Assembly (NCBI GenBank): GCA_003971905.1
Contig: RSEE01000039.1
Location: 496,001 to 560,000 of the forward strand
DNA length: 64,000 bases
Direction of reading: 5' to 3'
Source: Moniliella sp. 'wahieum'
Taxonomy: Eukaryota
The notes beneath the pieces were generated by a model. It was not told the DNA's origin, did not search any database, and was given only the letters and a program-made list of their open reading frames with translations. Numbering within the stretch: position 1 is the first letter of the stretch; every line of letters starts with the position of its first letter. The position numbers and the translations under genes are program-made. Shown in pieces: positions 35,657-47,687 of this stretch.

Positions 35657-36926
35657 TACAACCTCTCACCATGCTAATCCGTCTCGTCGACAACATGGTC
35701 CCGACAATGAACGGATTTAATCATTCTCGATGTGGGGGGCATAGTATACAAACCACACAGGTATTTATTCTCGCCGTCACAGCATTCACCGACCTTCAGC
35801 ATCTCCGTCTTGGTATATACTCAAGACCCAGATATCCCGGTAACACACACGCCCCAGAGGGAATGGGTACTATCTCCTTGTTCACTTTTCCGAATCGAGT
35901 ATCACGGAAGTGTTGGACATTATGGGGCCGAATGTATTGACAAATGGGGGCAAGTCGATGGTGGAAAGCTCGTTTGGAGTGTGGAAAAAAGGCTGGGGAC
36001 GTTTAAGGGCGAGAGAAAAGGACATACGAAGAGTCTTGGGGGATATCGGGAACGGGACATGGAGAGAGAGCGGTCAAGGAGAGAAAGGCGTTACGGTGAA
36101 CGCTACCGCGGGGATTACGGCGCAGCACATGCAGACGGGTTAGGGGCTAATGATGCATCAGAAAAAAAGGGAGGGGAATAGAGCGGGAGAAGTATAGACA
36201 AAGGGGTAGGTAGGATTTACTACTAGTAGTAGGGCAAATCGTGAGCGATAAGGTTTTGGACAGCGGGAACTCGCTCAACCCCCCGGATCCGTGAGGGAGA
36301 AAACAACAGCGGAGGGAAGGATGGAAGGCTCGGCAGTGCCAAACATCAGGTTGGCCCTCTTGAATGGCTTCTTTTGCAGAGTAATACTAGTACTAGACAA
36401 GTTAGGACGGCCATATACGGCGCGAATTGCAAGCCCTTACCACCGCGGCACTCGCCATACCCGATGTGCATATGGCGGAAGCGACGCGCAAATCCAACTT
36501 GCCCCCATCACTGCGTTGGGCCGGGAAGAGGTCAAGGTAGAGGCTAGAGGGGTATCGAAACCATGCATATAGGAAGGAAGGGAGAGGGAAACCGTGGTAA
36601 CCAAACGACTGTTGCCTCCCCATCCATTTTCGAGGACGCAATAGTCGATTGCTCCACCCTCCGAAAGGCACCCACATCATTCGAATCGGCGATGGCGAAT
36701 ATACTATGGACGCTGCCAGTTACGCCGCCGCTGCTCCATCCCCGCCCAGTGATGAAAAGCAGAGTATGTTGCTTTTCCCACCAGCCCGCTTCTTCCCTGC
36801 CCTGCCGTGTTACGTTCCTGCTCCTTTTCCCCATCTTCTACCGCGTTCGCTCCTCGTACAGAGAATGTGCATTGGTTGGCCTCCATGGAACTAGCCAGGA
36901 TCGCATCTCCGTGCACCCCGTCCTCC

Positions 36927-39120
36927 TCACTTGTTGTTCCACGCCCGCTGCTTTGCCGAGAGGAAAGAGCCAAAGTTGTTGATAGCCGAGCGGGCTTGTG
37001 TGGCCGCCTGGGCTCCGCCGCTGCGGCAGCTGTCGCTGCTTCCGAAGCTTGCTGGCTCAGATGCGGGGGCACCTGCCACGACTGTCCAGCCCCTTCTTGC
37101 GCAGGAAGCGGAGTCTGCTGCTGACGCTGTGCCTGTGCCTGTCGCTGGCCCTGGCCCTCTTGAGGTTGCTGGTATGTGGCCCATCGTTCCCCCAGGTCGT
37201 TCTTCGCGCGATCCGCAAACCGGGACAGGCCAGCGTACCCGGCAGAGGGGACTTGCCCAGTGCCTCCCGCGTCGGCTCGAGGTTCTTGTTAAGGGCGTGA
37301 CGCGCTCATTCACGTGCCACTGTTGCACTTGGCCACGGAGCTGTTCGTTGGCCGAGCGCAGATGCGAGTCCAACCCCCAGTCGTGCAGGCCCTGGGACAC
37401 GCGCAGCCCCACATCCTGCAACAACGTTACAGGGCCCTCGCATGGATGCCCTGTCGACGCCAACGGGCTCACATCCACCCCACCATCAGGCAGCGTCGGC
37501 AACGCGGCGGACGAGGCCGCATCCCAAACGCCAAACGCCGGTTCCGCCAACGCCGCAACAAAGTCGCGCCCAAAATGGGCAAGAGCGCATACGGTCCGGC
37601 GGCGGCACCTCCAGCTTCTCCCCTTCCTCCTCGTTTTGCAGCTCTTGCAGGGGCGTGGGCGGGACGGGCGTGTGGTGGGCAACCTTGACTGCTCCAAGCA
37701 GATTGCCCACATAGGTTTCGAACTGGTGCCGGATCCAGTCGTCGCTTCCCCGAAAGGAGAGGGTGGTGGGGCGACTGGGGTTGTCTGGGTCCCAGGTCTC
37801 TACCACGGCCGAGATGATCTCGTCGATCCACTTGCGGTCCGAAGCGGTCAAGGCCACCAGCTGGGCCAAGCGCGGACCGCGGACTAACTGCGCCTCTTCC
37901 GGCGACAGCAGCCCGGCATCCTGGGCTTTCTCCCCCTTGGCCAGAGGGAATTCAATGCTGCGTTGCTGCAGATCCACAAAGGCATCAATCACCACGTCAT
38001 TCTGCGAGCGAAACACGGCATTGCTCGTGCCCACCAGCCAGTGCTGCGCCGACAGCGAGCTCATCTCCTGCAACGGGATGTAGGGCTGGAATAGGGCCCC
38101 CTCACCAAAGAGTGGGAAGGGTAGCGCGCCAACCCTTTCAACGGGTTGGGCCCACCTTGCTCCACCGTCATCCACCCTGGCTCCTCCTCCTCCTTTCGCT
38201 GGGGTAGGGCACGCTGCTTCTCTGCCCGCGCCTTGAGCCGGTCGTCAGTGTTGTGCAGCAGCGCCGAGGCAGCATCCTGTAACCCGCCCTGGGTCAAGAT
38301 GCCCGGAACAAGCGAGACAATCGAGTATTCGTATGTGCACAGCCGCTCGATCGGATAGCCATGCAACATGACCCGCTTCTGAAGCAGGATGAGCTTGAGC
38401 AACACAAGCAGCTTGCCACGCCAGTCGTACACTAGCTCGCGCAACGAGGTGCCCATCCCCAGCGCGCTGGCACTGTCGGCCGTGACGAGCGAGAGATCCC
38501 CTCTTCCTCTCCACCCCCTCCTTCTCTCCTCTGCTCCGTCGTCCTGCTTGGGAAGCGCGCCAAGCCCCTGCCTGAGCCCCGTCTCAAGCGTCTCGTAAAA
38601 TTCGCTGAGGATCGTCGTGTCGCTGAGATCGGGCTGGGCAAAGTAGGCTTCCGTGACGATCCCCAGTTTTTGCCGCACCGGACCAAATACTGGCTGGCGC
38701 GCTAGCACCACCACTGCCTTCTGCACGGCCGAACGCGTGACATCGGCGCTTTGTGGGTCAGCTGGGAGGTCATGACCTGCCGCTGGCAGCTGATCCCAAA
38801 CAGCGTTGCGTTGGGCACCGATCCGGGCGCATAGAGGTGGAAGTAGCAGAAGTCTTCGTTCGACTATCCAAAGCACAGGAGCGTTAGACCAGACGGAGGG
38901 GCGTGGACAGAAGGCAGGAGCGACGTACAAGGTGGGAGCCGTCGGGCAGAGCAAAGAACGGGAGGTCGGTGAGCAGGTCCTGGTCCTGCATCAGGTCGGG
39001 GGGGAAGGTGTGTTCGACCTGCGGGCCGACCTGGTGGTGGAACTGGACCACGGCGACACCGAGCACGATGTTGTCCTGGGCGTTGTGCGGCGCATCGGAG
39101 GCGCTGCTGGAGGAGGACAT
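36927..39120 (-). CDS. AVL9: Avl9 (DENN-related late secretory pathway protein)
   Basis: VVQFHHQVGPQVE..LPFFALPDGSH; DVTRSAVQKAVVVLARQPVFG..KLGIVTEAYFAQ; LKLILLQKRVM; FQPYIPLQ; LTASDRKWID; FRGSDDWIRHQFETY. Confidence 0.92.
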
Positions 39121-39668
39121 GGCAGCGAGTGCGGTGGGCGCGAGCGCGACGGCAGGAGGCCGAGGGAAGTGGCAGCGGGAGGCGGTCGAGGGGGCCGTCG
39201 CCGTCGCCTCCACGTGGGCGCGCGTGCGCGGATTGGAAGTTTCAGCGGGCGATCGGATCGCCACTCGTTTCAACCCAGACGAGCAGCTGGCCAGCTGGCA
39301 GCGGCGGTTGCGTCTATGTTACCCACGTGCACGACACGTCTTCCTTCTCGCAGGCCCATTCCCCGCCTCTCTATCTCGTTTTGCTGTCGCCAGGTAGAAG
39401 CGCAGCCATCGGATGGCAGCCCACCCACCTCAACACGGAGGCACTGGAAACCTACTGACCACTCCACAAGGCAAGTCTCCTGGGGCGATGCACATGCAAG
39501 TGATATTACCATGGACCAAGCCAGCACGACGGTGCCTGAGGTAGCGTCCCTTTTGGTTCGGCTAGATCCACAGTAAGAAGCTGGAACGAACGGCGTTGGT
39601 CTGCAGCAGCATGTTGGGAAGCAGCCATCCCCTCTTTGGCAATGGAAAACGGCCCACGCGCTCGCGCT

Positions 39669-40300
39669 CTACACCATCTCCGCCTCCCCGCCGGCCTTCT
39701 CGATGGCGGCAATGATCTTCTCCGCATCCTCCTTCGGCACATTGTCCTTCAGGATTTGCGGTGCGCTCTCGACAAACTTCTTGGCCTCCACCAAGGACAT
39801 GGTCGAGTTGAGCGCCTTGACCTCCTTGATCACCTTGGCCTTCGCGCTGCCTTCCTTCAGCCCCTTGAGCTTAATGGCGAATATGTCTTTTCCTTGGGCT
39901 TCTCGGCTTCCTCAGCCTCTTCGGCTGGCGCCGCGGCCGCACCGGCACCGGGCGCAGCGGCTGCCACGGGCATCGCAATGTCCGTGATGTTCAGCCGCTC
40001 CTACATGGGGGGGGTCAGCCGGGGGGAGCAGCAGGGACAAGGCATAAGCGGGTGGAAAAGGGAGACGTACCTTGAGGAGCGTAACCAGCGACGAGGCTTC
40101 CAGCAGCGTCAACTTCTCCACTGTCTACGATCGCGACCAACTTGGGGTCCGGCGGGGCCCTTGGGCGCCTTGGAGGGAGCAGCGCCGTTCGCCTGCACCG
40201 CCGACACACTGAGTGCGCGCACCGATGGCCTGCCGATGGCCGGCGAGGCGGGGGCGCGTGCAAGCGCGCGCAGACCAGCACGGGGCACCAGGGCAAGCAT
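39669..40300 (-). CDS. MRPL12: Mitochondrial ribosomal protein L7/L12
   Basis: Presequence; KLTLLEASSLVTLLK|ERLNI; KAKVIKEVKAL..LVEAKKFVESAP..KDNVPKEDAEKI..KAGG. Intron 40070-40001. Confidence 0.92.
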
Positions 40301-40481
40301 CGTCGCGTTGGATCAGAGCAGCAGACGCCGCCCGCGCGCGAGAATGGCGGGCAGAGAGCGCAGGAAGGTCTTCTGGCGCTGACCGTAACGCCCGGCTGCC
40401 GGGCAGAGAAGGAGGCGGCGGCTGCCTGAGCGGCTCTGCAACATTCAATTCCGATGGCCTCCACGTTCGTTCGCCGTTGAT

Positions 40482-42147
40482 TCAACGCCCCACTATCCTC
40501 GCTTCCGCTGGGCCGTCGATGCCACGCGCAGTCGGCCACAGAGCAGCGGATAGACACCCTTGGTGTCCGTCATGGAGGTCCGACCACGGACCACCACAGT
40601 GGCCATTGCTGCCCCCGTCCCTCCGTGCGCTGCTGCACTTGCATCCCTCTGGGGCATCCATGTCTTGATGCGCGTCTGGCTCCGCATTCTCGTCGGCTGC
40701 GGGCCTCAAATATAGTACAGGGTCTGTAGCAGCCTCGGCAAACAGGAGGCAGACGGATAGGGTGCCAACACCAACGGGTCGGCCAGCCGGTCGGTGTAGG
40801 CCCGCACCAGATCCGCCCAGGGGAGAAGAGCGTGCCCTTGGGCAGGTCAGCGGGGGAGCGAGCCTGCGGGCGCCGGAACGAGGCGGAGGCAAACGCGCTT
40901 TTCACTGCAGCGTTCAGCTCGGCGGCCTGGACGACACGCAAGGGCGCCGCCGCTTCTGCCTCGTCCATCTCGTGCAGTGCGGGGGATCCAGGCGTGTCCC
41001 CGCCCAGATCGTTGTGGGTCTCCCTCAACAGGCGCCCCAATGTGGCATCCGGCCCATCGGGAATGTGTGCCACCGTCTCCAGGCCACGGTGGATGTTGGG
41101 AAGGCGGCGGCAAGGGCGTGGAGCATGTCGTTCCCCTTCGCTCTCCAATTGAGCAGGAACGCCAGATTGCCGGCCCGGTTGGTATCAGCCTGTGCGCGCA
41201 CAGCATCCTGCGCCCGGCGTGCAAGGTCCCACAATCCACTTTGGAACACGATAGGTCGAGGCAGAAGGTCGGGTGGGCGGAAGGGTGCTGCTGTAGGTCC
41301 CCGCGTCTGCCATGGCAGCCATAAGGGGCTGGAAGATGCGTCTCACACGGTCTTCGAACTCGCTGGGACCCCACACGACCCCGCCCTCGTTCCATGGCGC
41401 AAGGCAGGCGACATGCCAAAGTGGTAGACGGAGACCAACAACAAGTCGTCGGTGGGGAGGTGGCAGTAATCGGCAATGTGATGGGTGGTGTGGAAGCTGT
41501 TCTTGGGCGGAGGGCGGGCCCGCTTGTCGAGATTGCGTTTGCCCGGATCCAACTTTGTGGCCCAGGGTGAAAGCCGGTCACACTACGGCCGGCTGGCCGG
41601 CCAAGGCGCAAATTTGATGCACCAACGCGCGGTCCGTATGGTCGCCCACGAGCAGCACAGTCCGGTGCTGCATGGTCGCGTTCCACACCGCTTCGCCTCC
41701 CGCACTGCCGGACGCCATGTCCAGATACGCCTTTCCGGGTGGGTGTAGGCCGGCATGGTAAGGGGAGGAAGGAGAGCGGGATAAGAGGTAGGCCCAGAGC
41801 GCACTGCCCCCGACCGGAGTGCAGCTGTCGTCAAAGGTGTGCCATTGGGCCAACGGGCCTGGGACGTCGGCGGGGTAGGTGATGGGCATATCAGAGACGT
41901 AGCCCGGCGACTGCAGAGGGTCGCAGCCGCCCCGGCGCGGTTTGCGCACCCGCACTGGGCCAGACCAGGACAACGGCAAGGAAAACCTACCGGTGCTCAT
42001 CACCACCGCCAGCGCCACCCACAGCGCACAGAAGAGGGCGATGATGCGCCCCGCACGCAGCACCATTGGGGACGCCAGCGGCTGCGCTCCGGCGCCGGCG
42101 CCGCGCACGAGCCGCTGGCCAGTAGGGAGCGCCATATTCGATGGCAT
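40482..42147 (-). CDS. Cap64/Cas3-like (SGNH-like) type II membrane glycan-modifying protein
   Basis: TM IIALFCALWVALAVVM; CDPLQSPGYV; RTVLLVGDHTDR; HIADYCHLP..VSVYHFGM; FEDRVRRIF; SGLWDLAR. Resemblance to the Cryptococcus Cap64 family is from memory. 3' end uncertain. Confidence 0.55.
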
Positions 42148-43230
42148 TGGCGAGCGCGGGGCGGGGGTGGGCGTGAGGGAGAAGGCGGCGCACAGACGCA
42201 CCAGAGGGGTGTTCTCTCTGCGCTCTGCTCTCGCCTGCTCTCGCTCTCGCCCGCTTTTGTCCCGCACGGGTCTGCGCTCTGCCGCTGCTCCGCCACAGGG
42301 ACGCTTTCGAAGCGCCCATAGCCATCGACGGCGCACGTGACTCTAAAACGCCGCAACGTGCGTTCAACCTTTCATTATTCAATGCTGCCTGTTGAGCTAG
42401 GTGTTGGCTCGTGCTTTGGCCATGTCCCTTCAGTTCCTCCTCAGGTCTAGGAGCTCCGCTGGTTTCCCTCTCCTGTTTCCCTCCTTGTCCCACAGCTTAG
42501 CCCCTGATGGCACTCGCTGCTTGATGTTCCTCTGTAGGCAGTGCTGGTTGCCACACCACCACCAGTGCGATTGCATCCCCCTCAAGGACCATCAGGCCAT
42601 CAGGACTCTAGGTCTCATCACTGCCCCCCCTCTGGGTTTTCTCCGAAGGTCAAAACATCTCTCATTCCTTTCCCACATCAGTCCCCCATCAGAAGACTTA
42701 GTGAGAGGAACGATGGAGACGAGCGTTGCGACATCCGCCCCGCTCGAATAACTTATGCATGCTGTGGATATCATCTTCCACGGCTAGTCATGCTCGCATG
42801 GGCTTATCGGCATACGAAGCCTTGTTGTGCCCATTTTGCGCTCATAGTCTTGACAGAACCCTTCATCTGCCTATGAGCCTTGACAGAACCCTTCATCTGC
42901 TACGCGCCGGCTGCGCATCAGCGCATCAGCACCTTTGAAAAGGCGCACGGGCAGCTTTACTTAGCATTATTTACTTCCCAACCAACCCTCTGTGTGGGTC
43001 GCTCTGTCGCCCTTTCCAACTTCACGCTTGCGAGAATCTACAACTCACGCCTCTCTCAATATGCTTCCACATGTCGCGCTGTCTTGAGGCATCGAAAAGT
43101 AGACTGAGTGTGCCTTTAATTGCGGGCAAGAAAGCGGTAGCGCTCCGGGTTAAACGTTAACTAGACCACTGTCTTGGCTGCTTAGGTTCGCTGCGCTTTT
43201 CTCTCGTATCGGGATGCGATATCCAAGCCC

Positions 43231-43237
43231 TATATAA
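43231..43237 (+). promoter_or_regulatory. Candidate TATA box
   Basis: TATATAA followed by a pyrimidine-rich leader, upstream of the hairpin/PNRC locus. Confidence 0.5.
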
Positions 43238-43534
43238 TACTGGTGCCCTTGTGCCCGTCACGAGCTCCCACTCGCATCTCCTTTCCCCACACCCCCAGAC
43301 ATTAAGACCCCCAACACCAAAAATCCCCACCACCCTGCCCTCTTCCGTTCGTCTACCACGCCCATCTCGGCATTATGGCGTCTTCGCCGAATACGCGTCT
43401 CACCTCACCTCATGGTACAGCCCATCCTCGCTGTTGAACCCCAACACCAACCCCCCACTCCCATCCGGAAAAGCAGCGGTTCGTGGAACACAAAAGTTCT
43501 CCATTCGCACGCTACCGAAAACCCAGAAGAAAAC

Positions 43535-43832
43535 TGTCATAGTTTGGCTGATCTCGCTCCCATTTCCAATTTCTTCGTCTCGAGCGTCTCGCTCCTTCCC
43601 TGTTCCTTCCACTTCGCACCATGTCCTCTGTTCTTGCTTCTTCCCACGAACGATAATGTCACAATCGGGGCTAGGCGAGGGAGACCAGGATGGACTAGGC
43701 CAAGGGGTGTAGCAATCGTTCGTGGGAAGAAGCAAGAACAGAGGACATGGCGAAGTGGAAGGAACAGGGAAGGAGCGAGACGCTCGAGACGAAGAAATTG
43801 GAAATGGGAGCGAGATCAGCCAAACTATGACA
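43535..43832. repeat. Long near-perfect inverted repeat (arms 43535-43654 and 43715-43832, 60-nt loop)
   Basis: The right arm is the reverse complement of the left except for one 2-nt indel (ACTTCG[CA]CCATG). Confidence 0.97.
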
Positions 43833-44471
43833 AAACATCCCGCATTGCTTCGCAACCACAACAACACCCTAGTTCAGGCCCCTTGCCTCCTTCTAGTGAC
43901 CCACGACGCAAATATTCAGGCCAAAGCAGGAATGCACGCCCTGCTTCTTCCAGACGCTCAACTGGAAACCACGCAGGCAAGCGCAAGGATTCAATGTCAT
44001 ATCCTCTTGCCCCTGCAAAACACGCCCAGCATCCCCAAACGCAGAATATCTCATCCAGGCAAGACAGATGATTCCAGCAGCCCCCGCGTCCGCTCTCGTC
44101 CTGCGCAATCACGCAAAAAAAAGGACAAAAAGAAAAAGGTGTCACGTAAGACTACAATCACGCCCTACAGCAAGAACCGCGAACATCAGCTGCATTCGGA
44201 CCGCTCCTTCTCCCCGCCACCCACAGATTACTCCGATTTTTATGCTGGACCTCGTTTTTGCAACTCGCCCCCACCGGAGCAGCTGCCAACCCCGAAACGC
44301 CACCTGAAGGGGTCTTCGATGGAGATGGGTGGCAAACCCTCTCCTCCTCACCGTTTCTTCCAGTGTACCATGCTCTCCCGCCAAGCGATGATCTTTCGGA
44401 GGGGAGCAGTGCTATCGGGCTGCACCATCTCCAGCGGTTCGGCCAACCTTCCCCCCTCTTCCATCAATTGA
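43827..44471 (+). CDS. PNRC/Edc1-like mRNA decapping coactivator (start could instead be 43412)
   Basis: FYAGPRFCNSPPPEQLPTP matches the YAGxxFxxSPxPxxLPxP motif, within a basic disordered protein. Confidence 0.7.
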   Translation: MTKHPALLRNHNNTLVQAPCLLLVTHDANIQAKAGMHALLLPDAQLETTQASARIQCHILLPLQNTPSIPKRRISHPGKTDDSSSPRVRSRPAQSRKKKDKKKKVSRKTTITPYSKNREHQLHSDRSFSPPPTDYSDFYAGPRFCNSPPPEQLPTPKRHLKGSSMEMGGKPSPPHRFFQCTMLSRQAMIFRRGAVLSGCTISSGSANLPPSSIN

Positions 44472-45034
44472 CCCTGGGATCACCTTCCTCTCCTCTCGGG
44501 ACCTCCGACGTGTTACTGCAGGAGGGTCTACCGACCATAACCCCACGCATCCAGCAGGCCCCGAGACGGTCAACACACTCATGCAGAAGAGTTTGATCTT
44601 CGGCTTAGAGTCTTCGGTTCCCGCCGAGTAGCATATTGGAAGTCAAGAAAGGCACGATGTGTCTTTCTCTGTCATATGACATGTCTCTTCCTGTGGGTGG
44701 AGTGGTTTTGGTGACACGCCATTTCTTTCGGAATAATCCCTTTTATACCTGCCTCTCTGTCTCCGTCTTTTCTTCTGTTGTCACTTCTACTAAAACCCAA
44801 TGAAGGGAAAGCCTCCTTTCCCCCTTTTCTTTACGCTCATGGGCGATATATACCCACCGCGCCTCGCCGCCTCCCGACGCTTTCTCTCGTGCTCAATCCC
44901 CATCCTACCCAGTGAATTCCATTCTCTCTCAGCCCAAGCCCTCTCATGTGTTCATCTCTCTTTTCTCCTCCCAGTGGGCCTGCGTTGAATTGCAGGTGGC
45001 GACGAAATTAACGCAATTGAATGAAACCATATAT

Positions 45035-45118
45035 ACGCGTCGTATCGGCTGTGGACGTGCCGTGGGTGTCTCGACGCGCTTCAGCGCGTGGGCCCAACAC
45101 ATTAGGTAATTAACGCGT
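45035..45118. promoter_or_regulatory. MCB-like (ACGCGT) elements upstream of RAD51
   Basis: ACGCGT at 45035-45040 and 45113-45118, with CGCG cores between. MCB/MBF control of RAD51 is established in yeast. Confidence 0.55.
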
Positions 45119-45201
45119 TTAAAGTGCCTGGCTCGGGGGGACGTCGGCTGGCGTAGGCATTTGGCTAGGCGAGCACGACCACCAACCCCCCCACTCCCAC
45201 C

Positions 45202-46425
45202 ATGTCCGACACCGAAGCACACCACGCCGAAGCGGAATTCGAGGCCGAACGCCAGGAGGGAGAGGGGGAGGAGGAGGAGGAGATGGATATCGGGGGACCT
45301 ACACTCGTGTACCAGCTACAAGAGTGTGGCATCCCCGAGGGCGACTGCAAGCGGCTTGCCGAGGCAGGGTACCACACCGTTGAGGCCGTCGCCTTTAGCC
45401 CCAAGAAGAATCTTTTGCTCGTCAAGGGCATCTCAGAGGCCAAGGCCGATAAGATCCTCAAGGAAGGTGCGTAGTGCTGCCTTATATGCTGCGGGGAGCA
45501 CCATGCTGATGCTTGAGTGCAGCATTGCAACTCGTTCCTATGGGCTTCACTACCGCCACCGAGTTCCACCTCCGCCGCACTGACTTGGTTTACATCACCA
45601 CCGGATCCAAAAACCTCGATGGCATTCTTGGGGGAGGAATGGAAACCGGAAGCATCACTGAACTGTTTGGCGAGTACCGGACAGGAAAGAGTCAACTCTG
45701 CCACACCCTCGCCGTCACGTGCCAAGTTCGTCCCCTCCTCACCTTGCGTTGGTAGTGCCCCACGACTGACTGAGATCTAGTTACCAATCGACATGGGCGG
45801 AGGCGAGGGGAAGTGTCTCTACATTGACACGGAGGGGACCTTTGTAAGTGCGCATATCCTTTCGCACTACCCCAAGCGCATTCACTGACCCCGCGTCCAT
45901 ATCCAGCGTCCAGTCCGTGTCCTCGCCGTCGCGGAGCGTTACGGTTTGAACGGTGACGAGGTGTTAAACATCGCCTATGCTCGTGCGCAGAATGCGGATC
46001 ACCAGCAACATCTTCTCCTTATGGCATCTGCTATGATGGCCCAATCTCGGTTTTCCCTCATTATTGTCGATTCGCTTACCAATCTGTATCGGACTGACTT
46101 CAGTGGGCGCGGCGAGCTCAGTGCCCGCCAAACCCACCTTGCAAAGTTTCTTCGCACACTCCAGCGCCTCGCTGACGAGTTTGGTGTGGCCGTCGTGATT
46201 ACGAATCAAGTTGTGGCCCAGGTCGATGGCGCTGTCTTTGGTGGCGACTCTAAGAAACCCATTGGGGGGAATATTGTCGCTCATGCATCCACCACCCGCT
46301 TGGCTTTGCGAAAGGGCCGCGGCATCCAACGTATCTGCCGCATTGCCGATTCACCCTGTCTACCCGAGGCGGATGCGGTGTATGCCATTGGCCCTGAAGG
46401 CATTTGCGACCCAGTACCCGAATAA
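45202..46425 (+). CDS. RAD51: DNA recombinase Rad51
   Basis: [78 protein letters not shown]. Introns 45467-45522, 45726-45780 and 45844-45906. Confidence 0.98.
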
Positions 46426-46550
46426 TGTTTTCCTCCTGTGGCCTTCTCCCTGTCCCATGTGCACCATGCCGTTCTAGATCCTCGACCGCATCCCCCTTTC
46501 TTCGCAAAAGAGCGTCTCTACTGTTTCGTAGCACCAAGAAATACCACATT

Positions 46551-47687
46551 TCATTTGGTTGCTTCAATCCTCTGGCGGGGGTTCGCTCTGAACCAAGGAC
46601 GCCTTACCATCTCCTGTAGTCGCTCCACATCTCCATCCGCATACTCCTTAGCTCGCACTCGTACCGTGTAGAGAACCGCCTCAATTTTGCGGATGCTCTC
46701 CTGCGTAACTGACTGCTTCTTCTTCAGTTCTCGCCGGCTGCGAAAGGGAAGTCGCGCATGAAACTCCTCCAACGTCTCATACAACTCTCGGAGCGTAGCA
46801 AGGGCTGACTTGACCACACTCCCCGTCACATCGCCCGCCCCCACCGCATTCGTCGCCACACGCATCAACTCCCCAGCCACATCCGAGATTCCTAGGAGGT
46901 ACCGCGTCGGCGGGACAGAAAAGACCTGCACCTTGTCCGTTGTGCCCATGGGCTCGGAAGGAGAGGATCGTGGGTTGACCAGGTCTTCCGTGGCGCGCCG
47001 CTTGAGCGGCGGGCCACTCGCCTCCTCTTCCTCCGGCACCGACGGGGAACGTAGAAGAGGTCTTGCACTACCCTGTATGGAATCAAGGCTTGATGTTGCA
47101 AAAAGTACTTGAGCGACAAGGCTTCAATCTGCTGGCAGTCAGTTTCCTAGTTTCCTCTTCTTTTCCTCCCCCCCTCTCGATCCTCATCAAAGAGACACGG
47201 GAAACGCAACATAAACTCCTCCAGGCCCGAGCCATAGTAATGCTCGTACCGGTCGGCATCCAGGGCCGAGCCGGGGTCCAACCCTTCCTCTTGTGCCGAA
47301 GTCACGATGGCGGTGCGCACCTTTTCGAGCGCACCGTGCGCTTCCTCTAACAAGCGCGCATTGGCAGGGTGCAGGCTGCCGGGGGCACGGCCCGACGCGT
47401 CCGCCAGGTCCCGCACAAGGTTGTACCGCTGCAGCGTAAAAATGACCTTCTTGCTGTCGGCCGTCACGTCGCGTGATAGACGAATCAAGCGTTCCATCTT
47501 GTTGTGGTGTGCGTCCAGCTCGCCCCGTAGCTCAGTGAAGAGCGCCACCGTTTCCTGTGTGGCGGCGGGGGTGTCCCGCTGTGCGCCACGTGCTTCGCCG
47601 GGGCGGCCCCTGGCTCTCGTCCAGGACCACGATCGCGACCACGCCCGCGCCCGCGGGCGGAAGGGTGGTTGGACGCCGTTCGGACAT
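46551..47687 (-). CDS. TSNAX: Translin-associated factor X (TRAX), translin family
   Basis: ELDAHHNKMERLIRLSRDVTADSKKVIFTLQR; GLEEF; YLLGISDVAGELMR; KKQSVTQESIRKIE..YTVRVRAKEY. Confidence 0.88.

Noticed and set aside
32800..36600. Mating-type or pheromone locus
   Set aside because: I saw no homeodomain, STE3 receptor or convincing CAAX-terminated small ORF.
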